Source: Trichoplax adhaerens
Lineage: Eukaryota; Animalia; Placozoa
Length of the DNA: 64,000 bases
Assembly: GCF_000150275.1 (NCBI RefSeq)
Contig: NW_002060947.1
Location: forward strand, 2,655,740 to 2,719,739
Direction: 5' to 3'
In this document: piece after piece, positions 30,301 to 46,890 of the stretch
Layout: the number at the start of each line of letters is the position of its first letter
Numbering within the stretch: position 1 is the first letter of the stretch
Notes under the pieces: model-generated
Databases searched by the model: none
Seen by the model: only the letters and a program-made list of their open reading frames with translations
Told to the model about the DNA's origin: nothing
Position numbers and translations under genes: made by a program

Positions 30301-31239
30301 AACTACTTAAACTAAAACTGCCCTTTAATGATTAACAGGATTGTCCAATTGTTGTAGCCGGATCTAGGGCACATCTCGAAGAGGAGTCTATGGCAGAGGT
30401 ACAATTATAGTTCTGGGAACTGGGATAATGATACTTTAGAACTTTACCCATTCGCTTTCGAATAATTTCACAGTTTATCGTACTCGTTTCGCTGTGCGCT
30501 TAGTGTATAAAATTTTTTCTCCGGAAACCTTGTATAAGTGATCTTCAAAATTGGATTGTAGCGTACAGTTCTTTTTGGTTTTGTATCATGACTTAAGATA
30601 CCCAATTAAATTTTCTTTCAACTGCAATAGCGAACAATATTTAGAACTTTCCTAATGCACGGGTTTCATCTTCTGGTTCGATTTCTTTGCGTTAAAGGCG
30701 TAAAAGACACTCAAGTACGATAAATATATTTTTATATTTCATATTTTACTTAAATCTAATGCATATTTTTATATTACTCTTATTACTTTTTTCGCTTTAG
30801 TGTGGCTTTAAACTTTTTAATCGAGTTGCAGCTGATATCCTTTTTCATAGTATGCACGTAAATGGATGGTGAGTGCAATACTATCACATATGCTGTCGTG
30901 ACTCCTGATTTACTCATTCAATATTGGTTAACTTTCGACCCATTATAGGGCTTTTGACGTTGAACTACTTTATATTGCCGAGACGTTGCGAATGCCCATT
31001 GCAGAAGTTGGAGTTAACTGGACTGAAATTGAAGGTATATTTAGTTATGACATAATGCTCTAATATTCGACCGTCAATTGCTTTTTGTTATCTTAATTGA
31101 GGATATTTTTCACCTGATTGAATAAGGTTCGAAAATGACACCGTTTCTTAGCTGGGCTCAAATGGGACGCGATCTGATAATTATTCGTTTAAATTACTTA
31201 TTCGGTTTATGGAAAATTGATAAAACAAAACACAAGTAA
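27340..31239 (+). CDS. ALG5: Dolichyl-phosphate beta-glucosyltransferase, 11 exons
   Basis: N-terminal TM; VVPSYNEEKRLP; YEIIVVDDGSKD; NRGKGGAI; LMVDADGATKF; GSRAHLEE; DTQCGFKLF; WAFDVELL; VNWTEIEGSK. Confidence 0.95.
27721..28047 (+). repeat. Diverged tandem duplication (copies 27721-27870 and 27887-28047) in ALG5 intron 1; candidate structured ncRNA pair
   Basis: Shared blocks ctctgatttacaaata, tttgaaggtaaattggttgatacctcgtagt, gtcaacatacactatcttatttg and ctccttgaaatacaggacaaa. Confidence 0.85.
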
Positions 31240-32038
31240 TTTAAGTTAAAAAGTTACTGTTTCTCGATTTTATTACTTATATATAAACTTAAGGCTCAAC
31301 AGTGATCGATTTAAATTCGAGGTCCGTGTCATCTGAATTTCTTAATTAAACAATTATAAGATCTTTACTCAAAAAAATCGACTTTGAGTTTCATATTTCT
31401 TTAAATTTATTGCAAAATAATAAAGTATCAAAAAATTTTTCCTACTCCTGTACACCGCTGTAATAATTATGTATTTGTTACAATGTCGTACTGTAGTATA
31501 GTTTAGACTGAATAGGCACATAATAACTAAACATTGATGTTAGTTTACTAAGCCAATAGATTGACAAACAGTATCATCAAGCGATGACTCACAGGCGTGA
31601 TAATACTATAGCCAGTCTATGTAGTGTACACGTCTTTGGTACAATTGCAGCAAGAAAATCTCCGCTGAGTTCAGAATTGAGATCATAATTACAGTCTGAT
31701 ACTGCGAACGATAAATATGCAACGCGATGCACAATTACAATGTGAGATCTAAGAATATTTAGGATTACTTAAAATAGTTTTAAACAGCTGACCATGTTGA
31801 TTAATCTGAAGTTGACACCATACACATTCGGTAACAATTTAGTAACGTAATAACCATAATTTAAAGCAAAATCGCACATTATATTAGCGAATGAATAGCT
31901 ACCACAAATACGGATTGTTATAATATCATTACTATATTAATAGAGAAAAATCAAATCCGAATCATTGATCTCAATCGGAAGGTATTCCCCTTTACAACAT
32001 GAGATAACTGGCTTTCATAAATGAGAAATTATATACAA

Positions 32039-33869
<1,831 letters not shown>

Positions 33870-35024
33870 TCAGGGCTTTAAGTCTTTAGATTAAGTTAAG
33901 CAGTGTTTCCTTTCCAAATATTCCTAGATTCCAGAGTATGACGAACTCTGCTAGATTTCTGTAAATAGTAAAAAAATTCTTTTAGCACAATAAATAGATT
34001 CGATTATACATTATACAAAGAAACGTGATATTCATAGTTTGATTTTGCGATCATCGAAATTACTGCATGGCAGGCCAAGAAATAATGCTCATAAATTTAA
34101 GAAATAAGTGAAACTGAACTGACAACCTGGTTTACGGATACTATAGTATATGCACCACACAACATGCCGCTATACTTACGTAAACCGGTTTGCAAGTACA
34201 GTATATATACGCGTATATTGTATACAGTACTATACTGTACAGTATAGTATACAACAATACAGTACGAACTACATGGTATGGATAAATTAAAATTAAAATT
34301 AAAATTTTAATGGCCAATTTACGCAGATGAGAAAAAACTAATAATGAATTGCTCATTGCAAACTTCAACTTAAAGTTAGTTATGCTGAGGTTTAATTAAT
34401 TGATCCGCAAAAACTGTAACGGTTAATGTAAAAAAGTGCGAACTGAAAACGAACAGAAGTGCGTTGTCAATCGCTGAAACAGTTTCGTTAAATTTCTGTC
34501 GATTTTTTCTGCACGTTTATAAAGTATACTATACGATATAGGAAAGGAATTCCATATTGTATGGTATGATAGAAAGTGTGTTCAATGTCAAAAGGCCTAC
34601 AGAAATGTTTCGCTTCTGGGTTGAAGTGGCTTAAAGAAAGATTTTTGGCTTATAGTGAATCCGCTTATAATTATATAATTATTTACTGTAGACAAAACAA
34701 GTATGCGTATGAAAACTTACTTTATACTGTCATATTTTCAACGATCGTCTATCGCCAGAAAACTTCATTAGGATCTATGTAGATCCTTCATTAGTAACGA
34801 AATTTAAATAATTATTATAGTAAAATGAAATCTCTTTTAAAACACAACAGTAGTCCCACAGAGATATATATACAGTATCGAATGTGAATCGTAGCAAGCA
34901 CCGCTGGAAAAAGTCTTAGTTTTTTAAGCTCTTTTTTCGAGTAGCGTAGTCCTTGCCTGACTCCCTGGACGAGCGTACTGTACGTAATACTGACACTTAC
35001 TTATTTTTAGTTGTAAAAGTTTTA

Positions 35025-35410
35025 TGGTACTATACAGTACAGTACAGTACAACGCGAACTGTAAAATATGCCAACAAAATTGCGCCCTTTTGCAGCTCTT
35101 AGTAGGTGCTGTACACTGTGTACAGTACAGTGTACTGTACTGTAGTACTGGTGTTGGAGACTTTTAAAAAGATTATCCCTCAAAAAGTACAGTAAGTATA
35201 AATTTATTTTCACGCGCGTACAGTACTCAGTACGTACTCACGTAGTGTACTGTATTTATCATCACAAAAAGTTAACTTCACACTGGAAAAAATTGTGCAG
35301 TACTGTACCATGGACTACTAAAAGAAAACCTTTTATTAGCAGTTTACACTACACAGTACACAGTACAATACTGTATACTGTACAGTACAGTACAGTGTAC
35401 TGTACAGTTA
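35025..35410. repeat. TACAG/CTGTA array at the probable Smad promoter
   Basis: tacagtacagtacagtac runs just upstream of a minus-strand gtaagt donor near 35000. The 5'UTR acceptor is near 33960. Confidence 0.8.
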
Positions 35411-35889
35411 GAGGTCAAAATTCCATTCTGCAGACCAGATCTTGAAGATCTTACTGTGCGTTCGTTTGTCTTTTGAGTCTGGTAGACCATCAGAACGATT
35501 TACTGTACTTACTTAATGCCAAAATATATGTACTGTATTTTGTGAATCCTGTATTTTAAGCAGTTTTCAATGCTTCGATCTCGATCACTTAAAGGAATTC
35601 TCAGTTAATGCTTACTGGCAAAAAGAGTTACTTTGGTCATTACAGTAATAACATGTGCAATTGTGCATATACTGTACTCCGTAAAAAGGTATTATGCGAA
35701 GATCACGATCGGGGGAGGGTACTTTACTTACGAAAGTCTCTCTTCTTCTTTAGAATAGTAAAAAAGAATCTGAAGTTAAGTATGTTTTACAGCACTGTAT
35801 AGACTGAGAATTGTAAATATCGACGTTTATACGTTATTAATGAATCAATGCAGAAGCATTCCTGTTTATTTTGCATTTACAGTTGTGTT

Positions 35890-36270
35890 TACTACTGTCA
35901 AGCTACTGTACAGTACTGCATTCGGTACCACCCATTTTACCCTACTGCAGTAAGTGTTATTACAACTTACTGAGTACTGACACAGTGTACTGTACGTACA
36001 GTACTACAGTGCAGTACTGTACAGTGTACACTACTGTACTACAGTATAAGCGGTGTACAGTATGTACTGTAGTACTGTACAGTACTGCTGTGTAGTGTAC
36101 AGTACAGCCGCTTCGAAAGATAAGAAATCTAAGAATTACTGTAGGTAAGCGATCAGCAAATAAAGATAAATTTGATTACTGTGTTTTAGAAACATTATAC
36201 TGTACTGTATACTGTACAATGTACAGTACAGTAACTGCAAAAAACGTAATACGTACAGTACAGTATATGA
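35890..36270. repeat. TACAG/CTGTA array with no annotated gene
   Basis: Dense runs such as gtactgtacagtactgctgtgtagtgtacagtacag. Confidence 0.85.
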
Positions 36271-37277
36271 TTTTTCTGTGTCGTCAATTTATGCCTAATT
36301 TACTTTACCTTTAATGGTTAATGGCCGTCCTGTTTCTAGGTTTAAGGTGCGTTTCGTACTGTAGCGTATGGACGTTGAGAATTAACTGAAAATATTAAGA
36401 AAACAATAAAATTAGTAATCCCCACTATTACTTTTCAAATGATTGGCTACGGCACCGGTTGATAGCTGATAAATCATATTTATACAGCAATCGACAGCAA
36501 GTATATCACTGAAATTATGCCGTACCCTCAAGTTAAGGACGGTGGTTGATAGCTAGTTAATGAGTTTATTATGTAGATAAATAATAACTTACGGCGACGG
36601 TTTATAGTATTAGCTAATTAACATATTGTACTAGATGATAAATGATCAGTTATATCGTGTACCTTTATACGCTTGACGTACTGAAGTCATTACTGCACTG
36701 CTCAGTACAAAGAACAGAAATACAACAAATTACGCTTAGATTAATGCTTTAATATTGCATATAATTATAAGTTACTGTAGCGTAAATTTAGCCAACGAAG
36801 TTACCTAGAATAAATCATGAATTGCAATACTGCATGACAGCATATTAAATAACTTTCGCTCTAAAGATTCAGAATATAGCTCTTGTACAATATACGCCTC
36901 GAAGAGCAAAGTAAAAACGCAAAATCAATCCAGAATCATTTTAATACTGTACGATCATTGATTTGAGTTATATTAAAACGAGAACTTTCTTACCAGATGA
37001 TTGAAAAATACGTTGCCAATTCAAACTATGTACCGTAACTTCGAGGTTATAAGGATAAATAGCATGGCAAACTTTTAAATATTAACGAAAAAGTCGCAAC
37101 ATAACAATAAAACTTGTTTTTAACATTTGCCTTTTTAGCCTTTCTAAAAATAAAAGAAAATTACTATTGTAGTAATTTACTGTCTCAGAACTAAGTACTG
37201 TCAATATGATAACTGGTATAGTGGTATGGTATCATTTTCTTTGGTATGGTCAGTATGGTCACAAGTTGACTCACAAC

Positions 37278-37690
37278 CTGTACAATGTACGTACAGTACA
37301 GTACATTACATAGCGTACAGTACAGCACTGTACTGTACTGTACTGTAGCTAGTTCAGTACAGTACAGTATGTTACTGTACAGTACAGTACATGGCAGTAC
37401 AGTATCACGGTCAGTCTACCGATTGTCACACTCAACAATCTCGGCTACCGTACAGTACAATACAGCATAAAGAGTTACACAAACTACAGTCGTATGATCA
37501 TGACGGTCACAGGACGGTACAGTACTGTAGTGTACTGTACACTGTACATACAGTACTGTATGTTACACTATGATCGAAGAGAGGAAAAGAATGAAAGATC
37601 TCGGGTTTGAAATAAAAATATCAATAGTACAGTACAGTACTGTAGGAACTGCCCACTGTCTGATACTGTACAGTACTGTACTTTTACAGT
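37278..37690. repeat. TACAG/CTGTA array with no annotated gene
   Basis: actgtactgtactgtactgtag and tacagtacagtac runs. Confidence 0.85.
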
Positions 37691-40600
37691 CGTGACTAAC
37701 GCGACTCACGAATGCAATGGCAGGATCTGAATTATCATGAGTAAATTATTAAATTTTAATTACAGATTAATGGCAATCGTTATTAACTGTAAGTGAAAGT
37801 CCAATATAGTGATAAATTTCAAATAGAGTAGTAAATATACAGGTATATTAATTAATTTATTTCCTACTACAGCTAATTTACGGTAATTATTGATTAGAAC
37901 TCCCCAGTCTTATACTGATTTGGTGTTGACAGCACGATTGTAAATTAATCCCATTCTTAATAAAGCCATGTAATGTTCTACCATGGCTCTATATTAGTAC
38001 CTTGCCGTCTTATAAGATAAGAACATATTCTTAAAAGCGGAGTTCTACACCGGACAGCATTGCGAACTTGCCGGTATATATTATATTCAAATTGGGTGAT
38101 ATTGTTTCAAAAATCAGAGTGCTTGATCTAACCGTTACATACTGTATAGTATAATATTAGTTACATGACATAAGACCACAGACTAGAATAAAATGTTGAA
38201 TCGCCATAGTCCATCGAATGATGCTCGTTTTAAAATGTAAACGTAGTACAACTTTAAATACAAAACTTAATTTACTGTTTTTCGATTTATAGTACTGTAT
38301 AATACTGTACTGTAAATATGATGTTGAATTATTTATGATCTGCACGACAAGAGCTACGTAAAAGATGTACTATACACTGAGTATACAGTTCGTACCAAAT
38401 GATTCAGTACAGAAACAAGAATGTGGTACATGATCATGTTTCATACTATGATAGTCTTTAGATCAATCAACAGTAAAACTTATCATACTGGCAACCATCA
38501 GTTATAAAACTTTAAAACTTTAATACTATGAATGTAGCTAGTCATAGTCGATCAATAGAAATCAGAGTTAATTTAATTATATACTAACAAATGAAACCAA
38601 AACAACGAAATTACATACTGTACTTACGCACTGATGCACAAAACTCAAACAGGAACTTGAGTAGTAGTATTTATAACAATTCTGGTGGTAGACTGTAATT
38701 ATATAACCAGTAACCAATTCTATTACAGCGTTTAAGTCGCCAAGTTATAACCGATCCATTTGCAAAACGAGACGGTTCAGGGATTCATCACTTCAGCTTG
38801 ATATGATACATCTAAGCTATTCTTTTCTATTAGTCATCTTTTCTTTATTTAACCTATGAAAAGTTATTTATTTATAGCTATAAAACAATAGTAATAAACA
38901 AACTCATCATAGCAATTAATGTCGTTTTATCCTTTTTATTGATGATACAGCGTAAATTAATTATAAATCATGTCATAGGTATTCTTCGGCATCACATCGG
39001 ACCACATGGTCATCGTACGTATTATAGTTATCAAACATTAGGTGCCTAAACGATGACTGACGATCTTTATTAACAACTTCAACGTCATAGTTCCTTCCTG
39101 ATTGAAGGATAATTTGATGGTGATTATGTATGAACATGACTCTTTTGGTATTAATGACGATTATCAGTGATGATCCGATCAACCATTACAGTAATAAATC
39201 ACTTCAATGTTTATCTTAAAAAGGATAAAGTATTGTCAGAAACTACTAAAAAATAATGATATTGTACGCGTACTATCATAGACTACTAGATCATGATGCT
39301 GTCTATACAGCTGTTTCATTTCATCCTGTATACACGTACATCACTTTAGTAGCAAATCCTGTCTTGGACTCATAATGCATATTTACCGATAGTTTAGTTT
39401 CGAATTCGGACATCATCAAATGATGATACTATATTTTATACTTCAGTAATTTTAGTGAAGACTGTTCAATTCCTCGCACCCAGTCGTCCATTGCTACTGT
39501 ACGGTACAGTGTAAGAATCTAACCGGCAAATTTAAAGTCATCACTACGTCCTAATTCCATATTTTTGCACCACACTTACTAAGAATCTTTGCTTTACATA
39601 TGTTACTCATACATACAATAATTCTTAATGCTGCATTATTAAACTTGATCTTCCTGTTCCCGACTTACGTAGTAATTTTTTTAGTTCGAACTACTGGCCT
39701 AGGGCGTACAGAAATGAGGTACATAGGGCTGCCTTCAAATCACGATTGATATACAGTACAGTAAACTAGATAAATACACGTATACTATGTGTATTTATCT
39801 ACTTTATGTTAACAACAATTGCAGTATATAACTGGTAAAAAATTACATTCGAATTCAGATATTATTTTCAGCCAAGAATATTTGCTTTTGTTCTAAGTTA
39901 GAAAATATTTCAAGTGAATTTAATTAAAAGGGAGACTTGTAGGCTATTTTTTTCTGAAAAGTCTCGCCAGTATGTATCAAAGGAGTCAGACAATTAGTCT
40001 GGTGTCACAACGCATACAGGCAGTACAGTATATCGTAAGCCTGCATAGATTTATTTATTCATTCATTCATTGTACTGTATGCGTTGACACTGATTACTCA
40101 ATTAATTAATTCAGTACTACAGTACGGTTAAGTCGGAGGGAGGACCTGCTGAATTCTTGTACTAGTGTTGTACAGTACATTTATTTAGAGCTAGTACGTA
40201 GTCCAGACCAGTCTTGGCCGACTAGAGGTCTGGTGTACTGTATGGATGCCGATATGCAAATTAGTTATGACATCACACAGCGGAGTAGTCAAAAGGCACG
40301 TAGAAAACATATAAACTCTCCGTTTGGCCATGATGGTGTTACAATAAAATCAACTTCTACTTTATGTACTGTACAGTACTGTACAGTATTCTGTATCTGT
40401 AGGGCGAAGCGTGCTGAGCAAACCGATAGGTAAATATGAATGAGTCATTGCTCACTCATTCCCTCAGTTTAAATCACATTGACTCGCCGTCAATCAAGCA
40501 ATTTTATAAATTCTGTGAACCAATCATTATTCATCATTTACTGTATTTACAACTATACCTTTTAATTAATCTATACTGTATTTTAGAACTAATGGTAAAT

Positions 40601-41668
40601 ATTGTTCATTGATTTTTTTTTATACAGTACAGGATATTACAGTTCACTAATAAATTCTTGATATATTTATTCCTTGTTGTAATCGTACAGCTTTGATGCG
40701 AATATCGCCTGCTAGTCAAACATTTCTCATACTGTAGTAATTTATTTTAAGACTTATACACCGAGTGCTAAGATTATTCTGTATATGTATCTGCACTATA
40801 GACCTCATAGTAGATTACGGTAATGTGAAAATAGTAGCCTGCAAAATGCGTATATTATGCTACTCTAGTTAATAGTTAAAAATCTAGAGGATAATTGCGA
40901 TTGTTTTATTTTACTAGTATAGTACTAAATGATGCGTCATACGAGTATGAGTCGTAAGTAGCACTCACTCTCAGGTAAACCATGAGTAAACTACCGTAGA
41001 ATAGACATTTGATTAATACAGGTGACATTAACGATAGCAGGTACTGTGATACGAGTATGTAGAGTTTCTATTTATACAGATATTAATAATAAATAAGTAA
41101 ATTATCTGTGTATTGACTGGAGGCCTAGCGCGGCATCCTTATCTTATTGCGCGGTTAAAGATTTCATACGGTGTGAATGAACATCAGAACAGAAGTAAAA
41201 CTTGTACATCGATAAATTACTAATACTATACTCTGATGATAACGGATTGATATTTACTGTAAATATACGCGTATGTAGTAAAGCAACAAATTCGATTGCA
41301 AGAATAACCTTAACGTCCGCTTATAAGAACCTTTAAAGAACTATCTAGCATATATATCGTGTAACATATAAAGTATTTGACATTTCAATATTTAAAGGCA
41401 TTTTATTGCTCGTATTAAATGACAACGAATTTCACAAGAACGCAGGTACTTAACACATACAATGTAAAAGTGAAATAATATAGAAGTACAGTATATAACG
41501 TTGTTAATATGTGTAGTGAATCGTACATGTAGTAGTGTGAAACGGTAGGATCAATTCATATAATCGTTCAAAATTTTAATGAGATGTTAGGAAAACTCGT
41601 ACTAAACACATTTTGGTGATTTAGGCTGCAGGTATAAATATTTAAAGTTATTTCGTTCACTTTATCTT

Positions 41669-44600
41669 TTATACCTGGAATAAAGTTTGCATAAGAAGAT
41701 GCTTAGATTCGCCACATTTATCCAGCTTTTCATTTGGCCTAGGAAAATTTTAGATGCAGTACTCAACAATATATAATACCTAAGTGCTTAAATTTGATAT
41801 AAATATCTTGCCCAAGCACGACATGCAACATTCATAAATTTCTTTGTACAATTATGAAGTAACTAAAATATTCATCTTTACTGATCATTTTATATCAGTT
41901 TGACTACCTTGCTACATATTTCATACTCACTTATTTATAAAAGCTTTCAAAATAGGTATAATTTGCTTAGGAAAGTAGCTTTGTTTCGCAACGTATCGAA
42001 GAGCAATCATTGGCCCATTTAAATCATCTACCACGCATCTAAATTTCTTATCTTCGGACTAGACATAAAATACTGTTTTTAGTATCTTTTAACAACGTGT
42101 TAATAAATTATTAACTGAAAAGTTTCCTAATCTAAGAAAATGAACTATTCGCAACGATAGGTAAAATATCTCAACAATTTTATTATATTTATATTACTAT
42201 TTGGTTACACTAAGTACTAATAACCTTTAGTAGTCCCATGTGTATCAACAAAGTAGTGGTAAACTTTTCAGATTCAAAGGTGGATGAAATACAGATCGAT
42301 GACAACAGCATATCTAAACCGTTTAAGAATCTCAATGTTACTTCCGTCAAAAGTATAAATCAGGATTATGATTTACATAGCATGTAAGATGTTAATTTAT
42401 TACCGATATTGCGATATATCTCCTTTTGTGAGCGGTCATCTGCGGCACTAAGAGGCCTAGATATCTTAAACATAATTAGTGATGTTATTTTTCTACGTAA
42501 AGTTTAAACCCATTTTCATAGCTTCGTTAGCACAATATCATTCAACTATGTAAAGCCCTACATTTAGAAATTTTCGTACTATTTCTTCGTAATCAGAGAA
42601 GTCCTATAGCGTAAGAGAAGAGTAAATAAAATATTAATCAAAAAATTTCGAAAATTCTATTATTAGACTGACGTGTAATTTCCAAACTAAAAACTTGGTA
42701 CTGTACGTTTAGTTGAAGTACGAATAAAATAGTTAAATTGATTACATTGAGATTCTTTAGCCAGAATTTCTATTAATAAGGGTGTTATAATCCGAATATT
42801 ATGACTCTTAGCTACTTTGTTTCTTTATAGAAAATGATTTTAAATTTATATATCAATAGGAGCTTAGATAGCTCACAAACGAAACTAATTTATAAACTAC
42901 TACGAAATCACTCAGTTTTCAATTCATAAACTAAGTTAAGTAAATCGATACCCAGAAGACACTGTTAACGCGTATTAGGATTAATATAATGGTAAGGATA
43001 GACTAAATTTTTTATTTCGTAAACCAATAGTTTATTTTGATAATTACAGTAAGGAATCTAATAAAATACATTCTTTACATCATAGCAATACGGCAAGATA
43101 AATTTTACCAAGAATTTAATATTGCACAGTTCCTATACATCATCTATACATGCTAATATCGATAACTGGTGATATAGCCAAGACATTGCTTTATGACAAC
43201 CAATTGAGCAGCAGTTACTATAAAGACTAGTGCCACAGTACAATAGCGTGTTTAATTTTAAAAACCTAGTATGTCTATGTTCATAAAGTACGTAATGTAA
43301 TCATTTTATCATTTCAATTTGCAGTAGTACTGCAGACTGTTATGAATTAACCTGGTGTGTATTTAAAGAACGTGGTGATGCATCTGGTGTCACACTCTTT
43401 CCTGTTACATGTAGCTCACTATCTTCAATTAACTTTCCGGTTGTATCATCACCAGGTTCCTCTTCCGCGTCACTTGCATCAGAATCATCTTCTGCTTCAT
43501 CTAGTAATCCTTCATCATCGCTGAGGGAACATAAACTATCTGCAACAACAGATCCCTCTATACAATGTTTCAGTTCTTCTATACCTTTGGATCCGAAGCA
43601 GTTAGCTACAAGAAAAATAACTTTTTACTATAACCAATTGATCAAATAATTCAAAAGGTGATATTGCTTGTTACTAAGTAATTTACCATTTATATCTAAC
43701 TTCTGTAGAGAGGAGCAGTTCTTCAAAGCTGTCGCTAACTTGATAGCAGCATCAGTTTCTATATCATTGGAATCTACTAAAACTTCCTAGCGATAGCAAA
43801 GTGAGTAAAACCATATTAATTCTTCGGAGCATTAATCACTACTATCAGTGTTCATATCTCATACGTAGCAACAAGCACGTAGCCAATTTTTAAGTCGGAA
43901 GATGATTCGAGTAACAGTCAAATGCCTTTGTGCAGCTATTATGGTATGTTACCTGTAAATTCGGGTTATGTTTTTCTATTACGTTAGCAATAGCTATTGC
44001 TCCATCGCTTCCTAGTAGGCAATCTCCGACGTTTAGATACTGCAAGTATGGCCAATTAGCCATTGCCTTTGTAGAAACATTACAATTTCACAATGCATTA
44101 GATATTCAAGTTACGCACCTTGCGACAGTGCTTCTCGCAAAACCAGTTACAAAATAAACTTACTTCAGCCAATGCCTTACTTCCATCTTGACTAAATATA
44201 TTATCATTAAGATTCAATCTCTAGAGTAATTTGATTATTCTAAATATTAGTTCTTCATAAGTTGTTACAGTTTCAGATATCGTGCACTAATAATTAAAGT
44301 ACCGTATTTCCTTACTTTTAGGGATTTATTGCAAGCCAGTGCACAGACTAGCGGCACGATGCCCTCCGATTTAATACCATTTTGAGGCATAGAAACGTCC
44401 TCAAGAGTTCCGATGATCTAATTATATTAAAAGTATTTGGTCATTGTATTTCTTTACAGTACCTTTCTGGCTCAATAGATATGGATTCATTGTACTATAT
44501 TATGTTAGGAGTGTAATACTTTAAAAGCAGACGCCAAGGCTTCAGATCCAGCAATTTCCAGTCTGTTACGACCACAAATGAATGTCTTTAAAGAGAACTT

Positions 44601-46378
44601 ATCACCGCTGTTTTTGTAACATTCACGCAGGGCAGCCGCTAGAATCTAAAATGTGTTTACGACAAAGTATTGTGATACAACAATTTATGCTATTTTTATA
44701 TGTAAGAAATGAACATTCCTGAATTACATTAGTTACCTTGCCACCATTTGGGCCTAAACCATTGTTATTTAACTTCAACGTTTTAATGGTATAACCGGGT
44801 CTGCCAGAAAGCAATGACTTGACAGCATTTATCCCATCAGGACCAAAAGCATTGTCACTTAGGTCTATTTCAACCAATGAGGCCTGAGCAGTAAACACAG
44901 CCTTGCTCAAGCTTTCCTAAACGGTTTAAAATAGGATAAATATTGCAAGAAATCTTTAGTACATGAATTTTAAAGTTTAACTATCTTTAAATACGACCAA
45001 TATGTAAAAGCAATATGATACGTCACCAGTGCTAGGGGTATTTCAGATCGTAATCTACCGGTGAATATATCACTCCAATAGGCTCTCTATTAAGAATATT
45101 TTAAAGCACCATATAAATCAATATCATAGATGATACTTCATATTGCGTTTCGTCGCTATGTACTAGTGTACTATTAAATATAAAGAGCCTAGCCGCTGCT
45201 ACGCGTATGATAAAAGTGTTAACGTTTATACGTGTTAACAGTACTTCCAGTTCCTTGCGATCTTTCAACGCATCAGCTATCACCACAGCAGCTTCGACAC
45301 CGATGGTATTTCCGCTAAGGCGTAGGGCTTGCAAATCTTTGCATTGTTTGATTGCGTTAACAACTTCAGAGGCTTTAGAAGTAAAGGTTAGAATAAGTAA
45401 TTAAAAGCTATGTTAATTTAGCAATCCGACAATTCGCAAAGCGTCTCATCAGCAAAAACGCCTAACATTTTAGTAAAATTATTCAAATACACAATATAAT
45501 AATTTGGGATTTCGTTTATCGTGAAGTATGGGCAGCGAATTATCTCATCATCACTCGTAAATACACGCGTACCTTACTTGTACTCTTACTAATATACGTA
45601 TATACATATTCGCGTGGTCTTTACTTATCCAATTCTTACATTATGTACTCTCATATCAGACATACGTACTGTAATTTGCACACACAATCTCTTTATACTG
45701 TAATATATAATATAGGTAAATAAAACAGATAGACTAGCGCTATGCCTTGGTCATTGGTCAGTTTCATTTATCAGTAATCATACGATAGGGAAAAGTTAAG
45801 AAGGTTCTCGTTAGTGGCATGGTAGAAATACTTTCAACTTTGAGGCTGTTCCACGGACAATTTCGTCTTTAAAAAGAGGTATATCGTCATGTTAAAACAA
45901 TTACACTTAGTGCAGTTTTGTTCCCTATACCACTTGTTTTATTGAGCAATATTAAAGCATTAAGTCAATCTCACATTTTATGTCATAAGAATTAAAAGTA
46001 TTTGTTCGTCCTTGATCTTATTTTTAGGGGCTAACTAGTAAGAAATTGGGGTCACACTTCTAAATTGTAATTAAAATTGAAGGTGTTCCAGATATCGTAG
46101 CATAAAATATCAGTTTACACAAAGTTGTATATAGTTGTAAGCTATCATTAAGGTTAATACCCAGTAATGTTGCATTTCATTGCAACTGTTTGTTAAAGTA
46201 TCTGAGCACTGTAGTATATGTCAACTAAATGTATCTTTTACAGTAAATGCAAATTTGTAGAAACATTACCGTCTTCGCCGTTATTTAGTTTCAAGCCCTT
46301 GTTACTAAAGTCAACTTCATTTAGTTGCTGGACTTTGGTTTTTGACAATAAATTGGTAATATCGGTGAGGTCCGTCAT
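41669..46378 (-). CDS. RANGAP1: Ran GTPase-activating protein 1 (some internal small exons uncertain)
   Basis: KGLKLNNGED; LRLSGNTIGVEAA; WSDIFTGRLRSEIP; DLSDNAFGPDG; LNNNGLG; CGRNRLE; acidic linker; SUMO site MGLLK|SED; ends LMQTLFQV*. Confidence 0.93.
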
Positions 46379-46419
46379 TACTGCTGTTTTAAATTTCGTT
46401 GCGTTGTTCGCGCTGTAAT

Positions 46420-46890
46420 ACACTACTGTATTCGTACTGTACTCCTATGCTTGCTTGACAGTCTGCACTGTTGTGGCAAAGTCTTAAAGTTTATGCAAAA
46501 CTATTCCGCATGTCTGCGTTGCGAAAGAAAACGATTTTGCCGCCAGCACCGTACAGGACCTTCACAGTTCACAGTACTAAACTGAGTACAGTACTGTACA
46601 GTGCTATACTGTACTGTAGAGGTAAGAAAAACATACAGTACTGTACTGTACTGTACAGTACTGTACAGTACTGTAGATCCAAAATTTAAGGAAATACTGT
46701 ACTGTACAGTACAGTACTGTATACTGTAGTGTGAACCAGTTCGAATCAAAGTACTGTACGTACAGTACAGTACAGTACAGTACTTTAAGTTAAGGTGCAC
46801 CAAAATCACGATAGTTAAAGGTCCCCAAAAATGTACTGTACTGTACAGGGTCTCTAGATCCTACAGTATATCGTATGGTAAATACTGTAA
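46420..46890. repeat. TACAG/CTGTA array in the RanGAP1/TIPRL bidirectional promoter
   Basis: tacagtactgtactgtactgtacagtactgtacagtactgtag. Confidence 0.9.
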
